A stretch of 64,000 nt of DNA from an uncultured Bacteroidaceae bacterium. GTDB taxonomy: Bacteria; Bacteroidota; Bacteroidia; Bacteroidales; SM23-62. A model generated the notes under the pieces. It saw only the letters and a program-made list of their open reading frames with translations, was not told the DNA's origin and did not search any database. The first letter of the stretch is position 1. Each line of letters opens with the position of its first letter. Positions 19,679-27,660 of this stretch are shown here, one piece after another. The DNA lies in the NCBI GenBank assembly GCA_964420035.1, contig CAYQQR010000006.1, positions 28,885 through 92,884 on the forward strand, written 5' to 3'. A program made the translations under genes and the position numbers.

Positions 19679-21004
19679 TTAACCCTTGAACACGAAGTTC
19701 TTCAGGTCGTTTCCAAATGCCAGGACCATCAATCCGAGCAGGATGATCATCCCGGCGATCTGCGCGTATTCCAGGAATTTATCTCCCGGTTTCCTGCCGG
19801 TGATCATTTCAAAAAGGATAAAGAGTACATGGCCCCCGTCCAGCGCGGGAATGGGCAACAGGTTCATGATCCCCAGGATGATGGAAAGCAGGGCGGTAAG
19901 CGACCAGAAAGACTGCCAGTCCCATTGTCCGGGGAAAATACTACCGATACGGATAAAACTCCCGACCGATTTATAGGCCTCCGTGCCCGGTGTCAGGATA
20001 AGTTTAAGCTGTTTGAGGTAACTCACCAGGGTTTGGTAGCCTTTGGTGATGCCCGCGGGAATCGCGGCAAAGAAAGAATAGTCCAGGGTTTCCAGTTCAA
20101 AGAACCGGGATGCATCCCCCACGGGATATACGCCTATCTTGCCTGATTCGGGCAAGCTTAAGGTACGTTCCATTTTTTCTCCATCCCGGAAGAACTGGAG
20201 CGTAATCTCCTCCCCGGCATGATGAATTACCGAGTCGGCAAAAGCATCAAAAAAGGACAATGACATCCCATTAAAACCAACGATGGAATCCCCCGGTTGC
20301 AAATCGGCCTTTTGGGCAACCGACCCTTCCGCAAAAGCACCAACGATGAAAGGAAATCTGGGGGCAATGAAATTGGGTGATTTCAATAGTTCCGCTATGA
20401 TGTCATCAGGCACATATATGTTCTTGATCTCATCATTCCTGTTAACTTGTATGGTTTGGTGACGGTTTACGATCAGGTCGTGAATGATCATTCTAAAATT
20501 CTCCACTTTCCGGCCATCCAGGGAAACGATCTTATCCCCGTCCTTCAATCCAATTTCTTCTGCCAGTGAATCGGCGGCAATACCATATTTAAGATTGTCG
20601 GTGGGTAAGTATTGCTCGCCCCAGGTGAATAACACCGATGCGAAAATGACGATGGCCGTTACAAAGTTGAAAAGGACCCCTCCCACCATGACCAGGAAGC
20701 GTTGCCATACAGGTTTTGAGCGGAATTCCCAGGGCTCGGGTGGTTTTTTCATCTGGTTCTTGTCCAAGGATTCATCGATCATACCGGCTATTTTGGCATA
20801 TCCTCCCAGGGGCAGCCACCCGATGCCGAATTCCGTTTCCCCTATCTTTTTTCTGTAGAGCGCGAACCAGGGATGGAAAAAGATAAAAAACCGGTCCACC
20901 CGCATTTTAAACAGCCTGGCAAAGGCAAAGTGACCCAATTCATGCACCAGTACGATGATGGTCAGGCTCACCAGCAGTTGCGCCGCTTTGATCAATACAT
21001 CCAT
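19679..21004 (-). CDS. rseP: RIP metalloprotease RseP (M50 site-2 protease)
   Basis: 441 aa with an HELGH zinc motif, a central PDZ-like region and NLLPIPALDGGH near the C-terminus. Confidence 0.9.
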   Translation of the reverse strand: MDVLIKAAQLLVSLTIIVLVHELGHFAFARLFKMRVDRFFIFFHPWFALYRKKIGETEFGIGWLPLGGYAKIAGMIDESLDKNQMKKPPEPWEFRSKPVWQRFLVMVGGVLFNFVTAIVIFASVLFTWGEQYLPTDNLKYGIAADSLAEEIGLKDGDKIVSLDGRKVENFRMIIHDLIVNRHQTIQVNRNDEIKNIYVPDDIIAELLKSPNFIAPRFPFIVGAFAEGSVAQKADLQPGDSIVGFNGMSLSFFDAFADSVIHHAGEEITLQFFRDGEKMERTLSLPESGKIGVYPVGDASRFFELETLDYSFFAAIPAGITKGYQTLVSYLKQLKLILTPGTEAYKSVGSFIRIGSIFPGQWDWQSFWSLTALLSIILGIMNLLPIPALDGGHVLFILFEMITGRKPGDKFLEYAQIAGMIILLGLMVLAFGNDLKNFVFKG

Positions 21005-21046
21005 TCAAAATAGTTTTTCTTAACAACAAACATGGTCCCCGGTGGT

Positions 21047-22210
21047 TTAGTGCCTTCCTGATTTAATCAGATCCAGGGCTGTTTTCCTGGTGACCCGGTT
21101 GGTGTGGCACAGAACTTCGTAGTCCGGGTTTTCTTCAAAACGGGTTTTCTCCAGGGTCTGTTCGATGATATCTGACATCTGTAAGAAAGCCAACTGATCC
21201 GATAAAAATGAACCCACCACCACTTCATTCACGGCATTTAAGGCACAGGGCATATTGCCCCCGGTTTTCATGGCTTCAAACGCGAATGCAAGGTTACGAA
21301 ATTTTTTTGTATCCGGCGACTTAAATGTCAGCATGGGATAATCCGAAAAGCTAAAACGCCTGAAATCCGATTTTATTCTTCGCGGGAAGTTGAGGGCATA
21401 ATGTATGGGCAGCCTCATGTCGGGAACGCCCATTTGTGCTTTGATCGATCCGTCTTCAAACTGGACCATGGAATGGATCACCGACTGGGGATGGATGACC
21501 ACCTCGATCTGTCCGGGTTTCAGGTCAAAGAGCCATTTTGCCTCGATGACCTCCAGGCCTTTGTTCATCAGGCTGGCAGAATCGATGGTGATCTTGTCCC
21601 CCATGCACCAGTTGGGGTGCATCAGGGCCTCTTTCTTTGTGACCCGCGACAGCTCATCCATGCTCATATCCAGGAAGGGACCGCCCGAGGCTGTCAGGAT
21701 GATCTTTTCGATGGGATTCCTATACTCCCCCACCATGCATTGAAAGATGGCGGAGTGTTCCGAATCCACGGGAATGACGAGCACCCCTTTATCATGGGCA
21801 AGTTTTTTGATCAACTGTCCCCCGGCCACCATGGTTTCCTTGTTGGCCAGGGCGATGTTTTTCCCGGCTTCGATGGCGCGTATGGTGGGGCGCAGACCGG
21901 AAAAGCCCACCAGTGCGGTCAGGACCATGTCTATGGAAGGCAGGTCAACCACCTCTGCAAGGGCATCTTTGCCTGCAAAGACTTTGATGGGGTGGTTGGC
22001 CAGGGCCCGGGAGACCAGTTCATATTTTGCCTCGTTGGCAATCACCACGTGATTGGGCAGGTAAGTGAGGGCTTGTTTGATCAGTAATCCGGCGTTTTCA
22101 TTGGCTGTGAGGACCTCTACCTCAAAAAGGTCCGGGTGCATGGCAATCACTTCCAGCGCCTGGGTCCCGATGGAGCCGGTCGATCCCAATATGGCGATAC
22201 TTTTCTCCAT
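21047..22210 (-). CDS. dxr: 1-deoxy-D-xylulose-5-phosphate reductoisomerase
   Basis: 387 aa with NADPH motif GSTGSIGTQAL and Dxr core motifs (NKETMVAGG, DSEHSAIFQC). The ATG overlaps the upstream stop (TAATG). Confidence 0.95.
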   Translation of the reverse strand: MEKSIAILGSTGSIGTQALEVIAMHPDLFEVEVLTANENAGLLIKQALTYLPNHVVIANEAKYELVSRALANHPIKVFAGKDALAEVVDLPSIDMVLTALVGFSGLRPTIRAIEAGKNIALANKETMVAGGQLIKKLAHDKGVLVIPVDSEHSAIFQCMVGEYRNPIEKIILTASGGPFLDMSMDELSRVTKKEALMHPNWCMGDKITIDSASLMNKGLEVIEAKWLFDLKPGQIEVVIHPQSVIHSMVQFEDGSIKAQMGVPDMRLPIHYALNFPRRIKSDFRRFSFSDYPMLTFKSPDTKKFRNLAFAFEAMKTGGNMPCALNAVNEVVVGSFLSDQLAFLQMSDIIEQTLEKTRFEENPDYEVLCHTNRVTRKTALDLIKSGRH

Positions 22211-23076
22211 TAGAAGACGATGAATTTCTCCGGATCCAGCGGTCTGCCGTTATACCATAATTCGAAATGAAGGTGGGGGCCGGTGGTCAGTTCACCGGAA
22301 TTACCCACAATAGCGATGGCATCCCCGGCTTCCACATGGTTGCCCACTATTTTAAGCAGTTCAGCGTTGTGTTTGTATACCGAAAGGATGTTGTTTTCGT
22401 GTTGTATCTGTATCACATAGCCGGTTTCCAGGGTCCAGCCGGCCATGATCACGGTACCGGGAAGGGTTGATTTTACCACCTCATTGGGTCCCGCAACGAT
22501 ATCGGTTCCGAAATGGCCCTCCCGTCCGTTGAAGGAATTGGTTACCAGGCCCCGGACGGGCGGGTAAAAATGGAGCTGGCTCAGGGTTGTGGTTCGCACC
22601 GGATCTTCCCGGACAAACAAATTGTATTGTTCCTCTTCTTCTATCTGGACCCGAAGCAGGGAATCTTCCATAGACTTGGAAAAGGTTATTTCTTCCACGG
22701 AGGCGAAGGTATCCTCAGGGAAATAATCTTCCGGAGGCACCTGTCCGGATATGATGGTCCTCAGGTTCTGAAAATACTGATCCCGCATGTACAATTCATT
22801 TTCCAGTGAATCCAGCTTGAGGGCGTTCATGATCAGGTTCCTGCGCATGGTCCCGTCCGGGTATCCGGGGATGAGCTCCCTGACCTGGGTAAAGGCGATG
22901 AGGGCGAACAAACCGGCGATGATCACGACGAAGATGGAACTGATAAAGAACAACATGTTCAGCCGGGTAAGGCGAAGGAACCAGACCTCTTCAAAGGTAT
23001 TATCGTTATAGATGATCAGACGGTACTTATCCCTTAGCTTTTCCCTGAACGAGCGTTTTTTGTTTTCCTGAGCCAT
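22210..23076 (-). CDS. M23 family metallopeptidase (membrane-anchored)
   Basis: 288 aa with an N-terminal TM segment and LytM-type motifs GHFGTDI and GNSGELTTGPHLHFE. Confidence 0.85.
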   Translation of the reverse strand: MAQENKKRSFREKLRDKYRLIIYNDNTFEEVWFLRLTRLNMLFFISSIFVVIIAGLFALIAFTQVRELIPGYPDGTMRRNLIMNALKLDSLENELYMRDQYFQNLRTIISGQVPPEDYFPEDTFASVEEITFSKSMEDSLLRVQIEEEEQYNLFVREDPVRTTTLSQLHFYPPVRGLVTNSFNGREGHFGTDIVAGPNEVVKSTLPGTVIMAGWTLETGYVIQIQHENNILSVYKHNAELLKIVGNHVEAGDAIAIVGNSGELTTGPHLHFELWYNGRPLDPEKFIVF

Positions 23077-23108
23077 AGCAAAGGCAAAAATAAGAAAAAT
23101 TGATTCAC

Positions 23109-23185
23109 AGATTAAGAGATTCAGGGATTAAGAGATTAAGAGCCAAAGAGCCTAAGAGCTGAAGGGTTGAAGGGCTGAAGAGCTG
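23109..23185. repeat. Cryptic 8-nt-period tract, 9.6 units (RGNNNAAG)
   Basis: The units read agattaag agattcag ggattaag agattaag agccaaag agcctaag agctgaag ggttgaag ggctgaag agctg, in perfect 8-nt register. Confidence 0.9.
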
Positions 23186-23202
23186 TCATGCAATTGTCAC
23201 GC

Positions 23203-23243
23203 GGTTGTTGGTGGTTGCTGGCTTCTGGCTGCTGGTGGTTGGT
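23203..23243. repeat. Cryptic 7-nt-period tract, CTGG type
   Basis: The units read gttgttg gtggttg ctggctt ctggctg ctggtgg ttggttt. This is the complement type of the CCAGCCA tracts at 25033, 26383 and 28908. Confidence 0.85.
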
Positions 23244-23275
23244 TTATGCATTATTTTAAAGTTTTTGAAATGCAT

Positions 23276-23306
23276 TTTGATATGTATCAAACAAAAATTA
23301 ACTTTG
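23276..23306 (+). promoter_or_regulatory. Candidate Bacteroidota promoter for tRNA-fMet (TTTG-N19-TAACTTTG)
   Basis: -33-like TTTG at 23276-23279 and -7 box TAACTTTG at 23299-23306, with 19-nt spacing. The tRNA starts 19 nt downstream. Confidence 0.5.
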
Positions 23307-23324
23307 CACACCTGAATAAAATAT

Positions 23325-23397
<73 letters not shown>

Positions 23398-23406
23398 CTA
23401 AAGAGG

Positions 23407-23440
23407 ACTCCTCATCCGCTTCGGCGAATGGGGAGTTTTT
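23407..23440 (+). terminator. Intrinsic terminator after tRNA-fMet
   Basis: actcctcatccgc-ttcg-gcgaatggggagt forms a 13-bp stem (one mismatch, one G.U) with a UUCG loop, followed by TTTTT. Confidence 0.7.
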
Positions 23441-23446
23441 AGCTAA

Positions 23447-24601
23447 TTAAACATTAGCTACCTCAGCCCAACCTATATTCATTATCCCGTCTTCAAGTTC
23501 TTGATTTTCTTTACTCTGATTAATTAGAATTCCACCTTTGATTCTATACAATCTCTGAAACCATTTTAGGTTCTTAAGATCAGAACTTCTTTTTTGATCT
23601 GATGATTTTATTTCAACCGGAATCAGGTTGCCATCTTTTTCCAATACTATATCAACTTCATTTCCTGCACTGTCTCGCAAGTAATACAGTTCGCCATATT
23701 GGTTTTTATTAAAGCGGTTCTTCTTTATCTCTGAAATGACCAGATTTTCAAAGATTGCACCGTACATATTGCTGTTTTTTATCTCTCTTTCGCTGTTTAG
23801 GCCTAATATATTGCACAGCAAGCCAACATCGTAAAAATATAATTTTGGTGATTTTATAACACGTTTATTAAAACTTTTGTAATAGGGTTGCAGTCGGTAA
23901 ACAATGTAACTGCTTTCAAGAACACTAATCCAGGCACTTATGGTCTTGTTATCCACACCTGTTTCATTCGCGAGGTTATTTAAATTCAATACTTGTCCTG
24001 ACCGTGATGCTGTAAGTTTTACAAATTTTGAAAACAGATTCAGGTTTTTAATATTCCTGATCATTCGTACATCACGTTCAATATAAGTTTTTAGATAGTT
24101 AGGCAACCATCTTTCTGCGGATGATTGTTTTGTAATTATTGATGGATAAAATCCATTCATCATAAAAAATTCAGGGCTTCTTGTATTCCCCCAGTGTTCT
24201 TGTAGCTCGAGTAAACTCAAGGGAAGCAGTTCAATGTACGCTGATCTGCCAGCAAGTGATTGTGAAATGCTTTGCTGTAGCAAGAAATTATTGCTGCCAG
24301 AAATAACATACTGATTGTTCTTCCCTACCTTGTCAACGTGAGTCTGTAAATAATTAAAGAGACCTGGAACACGCTGTATCTCATCAAAAACTGCCCCATC
24401 TTTATATCTATTAATGAAACTCCTGGGAGAAGACTCGGCCTCTTCCAGGATATCTAAATCTTCAAAGGAAACATAGGGTTTGTTTCCAAAAATATGTTTG
24501 CATAATGTTGTTTTTCCTGACTGACGGGGGCCCGTTATTGCAACAATCTTAAATTCCCTGGCAGTTATTTTAGCTTCTTCAAAAAGCAAGCGTTTTATCA
24601 T
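23447..24601 (-). CDS. Orphan AAA+ ATPase, AAA_14 + DUF4143 architecture (COG1373 type), copy A
   Basis: Walker A GPRQSGKTTL and Walker B-like AVFDEIQ. C-terminal PD-(D/E)xK-like motif EVDIVL...PVEIKS. The gene is visibly AT-rich. The start is taken at the ATG at 24601, because the track start at 24622 is a TTG. Confidence 0.85.
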   Translation of the reverse strand: MIKRLLFEEAKITAREFKIVAITGPRQSGKTTLCKHIFGNKPYVSFEDLDILEEAESSPRSFINRYKDGAVFDEIQRVPGLFNYLQTHVDKVGKNNQYVISGSNNFLLQQSISQSLAGRSAYIELLPLSLLELQEHWGNTRSPEFFMMNGFYPSIITKQSSAERWLPNYLKTYIERDVRMIRNIKNLNLFSKFVKLTASRSGQVLNLNNLANETGVDNKTISAWISVLESSYIVYRLQPYYKSFNKRVIKSPKLYFYDVGLLCNILGLNSEREIKNSNMYGAIFENLVISEIKKNRFNKNQYGELYYLRDSAGNEVDIVLEKDGNLIPVEIKSSDQKRSSDLKNLKWFQRLYRIKGGILINQSKENQELEDGIMNIGWAEVANV

Positions 24602-24627
24602 TATTGCAGGTTTTAAATCCAATTATT

Positions 24628-24683
24628 CAAAAATATGCAAAATTGGAGACGATACCAAATATGCAAAAATATGCAAAATTGGA
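24628..24683 (-). promoter_or_regulatory. Duplicated promoter-like module upstream of ATPase A
   Basis: A perfect 20-nt direct repeat caaaaatatgcaaaattgga occurs at 24628-24647 and 24664-24683, with a partial third copy between them. Each copy carries TATTTTTG (TAnnTTTG) on the minus strand. A TTTG lies 20 nt upstream of the proximal box. Confidence 0.45.
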
Positions 24684-24868
24684 ATTTGCTTTAACAAATT
24701 TACAGTAAAGACAGATTTTAAATATCTGTCAATACAGTTGCTAGCGTCCCTTGGATCGCAATATGCGAAATATAGGACTCCAGGACTAATCTTAAAGAAA
24801 ATTAATCACTTCCGATAAAGCCTCCCAAAACGGACTCGCGAGGGAGCGTTAGCGACTGAGCAACACTA

Positions 24869-24882
24869 CCCCCGTTACTAAA
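24869..24882 (+). repeat. Second copy of the tRNA-fMet 3' end and flank (att-like direct repeat)
   Basis: cccccgTtactaaa here versus cccccgCtactaaa at 23389-23402, a 13/14 match. Confidence 0.6.
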
Positions 24883-24884
24883 TG

Positions 24885-24915
24885 AAGCCTTGTGCAAAAT
24901 GCGCAGGGCTTTTTT
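24885..24915 (+). terminator. Orphan plus-strand intrinsic terminator
   Basis: aagccttgtgc-aaaat-gcgcagggctt forms an 11-bp stem. It is fully paired only in the plus-strand RNA, because its two G.U pairs become C.A mismatches on the other strand. TTTTTT follows. No plus-strand gene lies upstream. Confidence 0.55.
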
Positions 24916-25032
24916 CATATGTGCTACTGTAACAATACTGTAACTTTTTTGCTAAACGCAGGGGTCTGTAAATATTTAGCAATATGTGAAACACTTTATG
25001 TGAACCCATTAATATAAGTATGCAACATATAT

Positions 25033-25060
25033 CCAGCCACCAGCCACCATTCCTACCCCA
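25033..25060. repeat. Cryptic 7-nt-period tract, CCAGCCA type
   Basis: The units read ccagcca ccagcca ccattcc tacccca, 39-66 nt downstream of the ATPase B stop. Confidence 0.75.
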
Positions 25061-25098
25061 GCTACAAAGAAACCGGAAAAAACTTCTGGGGGTTTTTA

Positions 25099-26259
25099 CT
25101 AAATATCGAATTCATGTATATTTTTCCAGGAAATATAATTCCCGATTGAGGTACTCAAACTGGTATCTCCACCATAAATTACATTCAGGTTTTCGGTTTT
25201 TTCGCCAGATAACTTTTGCCAGTATTTTAAATGGGTGAAGTAATTCTCGTTCATCGTCATACCTGATTTAATTTCGTAAGGGACAGGTCCATCAGGTTTG
25301 TCAATTACTAAATCAATTTCCTGTTTTGTCTTATTTTGCCAATAATAAAATTTAGGATTTTCTCCTTTATGAAGTCTGCTTTTAATGAGGTCAGTAATTA
25401 TGAGGTTTTCAAATAATGCTCCTTTTGAATGGAATGTCTTAACCTGTTTTGCGGATCTTAATCCAAGCAAAGAGCAAACCAATCCTGTATCATAAAAATA
25501 CAGTTTTGGGGATTTAATAATTCTTTTGTTGTAGTTTTTATAATAAGGCTGTAAAAAGTAAATAATAAAACTTGCTTCAAGAATTGATAACCATGACTTT
25601 ACAGTGTTTGGTGAAATTCCAGCATCTGTTGCTAAGGAATTTAGATTGACTACCTGTCCGGTTCGGCCTGCACAAAGCTGAAGAAAGTTCGAAAAACTGT
25701 TTAGATTCTCAATATTTCTTATCTGTCTGACATCTCTTTCGATATAAGTGCCTATGTAAGAGGGATAGAAATATTCCGGATCAATCCGGCGGTCATAGAT
25801 ACCGGGATACATCCCCGTAAAGATCAATTCTTCATATGAGTTTGGAACCAACTTTTCGTTTTGTAATTCTGAAATACTAAAAGGCAGTAGTTTTAATACA
25901 GCTGCTCGGCCTGCCAGGGTCTGTGAAATGGTTTCAAGTAACAAGAAGTTTTGAGAACCTGATAGGACAAAATGGATTTCTTTATTCGTATCGACTATAG
26001 TTTGAATATAAGAAAACAACTCAGGAGTTCGCTGAATTTCATCCAGAACAGCACCTTCAGGAAAATTACTTAAAAATCCACGTGGGTCGCTTACTGCTGC
26101 ATTTCTTACATCAATGTCTTCGAGACTGGCATATGGGATGTCTTTATAAAGAGATTTGAGGAGTGTAGTTTTCCCGCTTTGTCGGGGGCCGGTAAGGGTG
26201 ATTACAGGGAACTGCTTCCTTAATATACCAATTATCGTTGCCGATTCTCTGAGTATCAT
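25099..26259 (-). CDS. Orphan AAA+ ATPase, AAA_14 + DUF4143 architecture, copy B (paralogue of copy A)
   Basis: Walker A GPRQSGKTTL, AVLDEIQ and PD-(D/E)xK-like EIDLVI...PYEIKS. By eye it aligns along its whole length with copy A at roughly half identity. Confidence 0.85.
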   Translation of the reverse strand: MILRESATIIGILRKQFPVITLTGPRQSGKTTLLKSLYKDIPYASLEDIDVRNAAVSDPRGFLSNFPEGAVLDEIQRTPELFSYIQTIVDTNKEIHFVLSGSQNFLLLETISQTLAGRAAVLKLLPFSISELQNEKLVPNSYEELIFTGMYPGIYDRRIDPEYFYPSYIGTYIERDVRQIRNIENLNSFSNFLQLCAGRTGQVVNLNSLATDAGISPNTVKSWLSILEASFIIYFLQPYYKNYNKRIIKSPKLYFYDTGLVCSLLGLRSAKQVKTFHSKGALFENLIITDLIKSRLHKGENPKFYYWQNKTKQEIDLVIDKPDGPVPYEIKSGMTMNENYFTHLKYWQKLSGEKTENLNVIYGGDTSLSTSIGNYISWKNIHEFDI

Positions 26260-26382
26260 GCTCTAAAAATAGGAAATATTGGACAAATTTGCAATTTGAA
26301 TGAACATTTGTCCATAAGCTTGTTGCTTTAAATATATTTCACCAAGAATTAGAAAGATTGTTGACTACTTCCGCCAAATCTT

Positions 26383-26420
26383 CCAGCCACCAATCACCAG
26401 CCACCAGTAACCAGCTCACC
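26383..26420. repeat. Cryptic 7-nt-period tract, CCAGCCA type, 5 units
   Basis: The units read ccagcca ccaatca ccagcca ccagtaa ccagctc. The last unit contains the GH172 stop codon. Confidence 0.85.
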
Positions 26421-27576
26421 GCTGCTCCAGGTAGTCCTTATCCGGTAATTCGGGGAAAGTGGCATGGGGCTCGGTCTGGTACCAGAAGGCCACGGAGGCA
26501 ATGTCATCCTGCAGGGGCAGGTATCTTCCCCCGCTTCTCCAGCCCAGGGCTTGCATGGTCACTTTCAGGTCTTTCTCGAAGCGGACGGGATCGGTGATGT
26601 GCCAGCGGTACATCTTGAAGCGGGTCTGGGCCCGGTCCAGCAGGTTTTCATCCGGCTCCACCACGGCGAAACCTGCATAGGGGGTGGTGTAATCCACATA
26701 GCCCCAGCTGCCGTCCTCCTGTTTTTGTGCAAAACCATAAGAACCGCAAAAATAATCTTCGGTACCGGTGCCGCATATCGTGGGGAATTCCTTGTCGCCA
26801 TCCATATAGAACTTGATCTCGCCTTCGCCCCACCATCCCCGGCTGTTGGTCTGCCAGAGCATCCAGGTACCCACGTAGTGCCCCCTTCCCCTGATCCCGT
26901 CCACGATGGTATAGACTTCCTTATAAGGTAGCGGATTCTGTCTTCTGAACTGGGCATGAAAATAAGCGGCATCATCGGGGACCCCGGTAAGAGTGTAATT
27001 GACCTGGTAAAAAATGGTCATTTTTTCTTCCGCGATGTTTTCCAGCGTGATCCTGCATTTTTTACGGAAGGGCATGACCCAGTAAGAATTAAAGGCGCTT
27101 CCCGGATTGACGCATACCGCCAGGGAACTGATTGGGTTGAAACCGCCCCCTTCGGCACAGAAAAAGTCGCCCACGGGCACCTCCACCGAGGGTTCTTTTT
27201 CCCCGTCCCAGTAAATACGGAGGATTGAAAAACGCCAGTGGCCTGTCGGGGTCATCCATATCTGCTGTATGGCGCCCGGACCGTCCATTTCTGCCAGGAC
27301 CACCGTGGTTTTGGGTTCAACCACCAGGTAGGGATTGACCTTCCAGCCCTGCCCCAGGTCGCGTGCAGCCCGGCTGGCACTGCCCTCTTCCAGCGTGGCC
27401 ATGCCGCCTTTCCCCTTTTCGCCGGTCCGGTTCTCGGGACTGATGGAGCGGGTTTTGGCATCCGACAGGCGGTGCAGGTTACCCAGATCAGGGCTGAGTC
27501 CGTTGTAACTGTTGTTTTGTCCGAAGAGCAGCTGGGCCGAAAACAGTAATACGATAAATGCAACAAAATTTTTCAT
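26416..27576 (-). CDS. Secreted DUF2961 / glycoside hydrolase family 172 protein
   Basis: Start taken at MKNFVAFIVLLFSAQLLFGQ (signal peptide). The N-terminal region SISPENRTGEKGKGGMA and the overall pattern recall DUF2961. The gene is strikingly GC-rich compared with both neighbours. Confidence 0.7.
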   Translation of the reverse strand: MKNFVAFIVLLFSAQLLFGQNNSYNGLSPDLGNLHRLSDAKTRSISPENRTGEKGKGGMATLEEGSASRAARDLGQGWKVNPYLVVEPKTTVVLAEMDGPGAIQQIWMTPTGHWRFSILRIYWDGEKEPSVEVPVGDFFCAEGGGFNPISSLAVCVNPGSAFNSYWVMPFRKKCRITLENIAEEKMTIFYQVNYTLTGVPDDAAYFHAQFRRQNPLPYKEVYTIVDGIRGRGHYVGTWMLWQTNSRGWWGEGEIKFYMDGDKEFPTICGTGTEDYFCGSYGFAQKQEDGSWGYVDYTTPYAGFAVVEPDENLLDRAQTRFKMYRWHITDPVRFEKDLKVTMQALGWRSGGRYLPLQDDIASVAFWYQTEPHATFPELPDKDYLEQR

Positions 27577-27620
27577 GGTATGGATTGTTTTGGGTGAATT
27601 TCTGGCAAAGATGAAAGTTA

Positions 27621-27660
27621 CACAAAGAGGCACAAAGAAGCACGAAGATTCACAAAGAGG
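27621..27660. repeat. 10-nt tandem repeat x4 (cacaaagagg cacaaagaag cacgaagatt cacaaagagg)
   Basis: The units are in exact 10-nt register. The last unit encodes the C-terminus and stop of the Arch_ATPase gene, and the rest fills the spacer up to the GH172 start. Confidence 0.9.

Noticed and set aside
24802-24918. A 38-aa minus-strand ORF (MKKALRILHKASFSNGGSVAQSLTLPRESVLGGFIGSD).
   Set aside because: It is built from the reverse complement of the orphan terminator hairpin and the duplicated tRNA 3' end. It has no family resemblance and is more simply explained as non-coding.
25020-25238. A 72-aa plus-strand ORF overlapping the 3' end of ATPase B.
   Set aside because: It overlaps a well-supported gene on the opposite strand. 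It begins inside a periodic tract and its composition is implausible.
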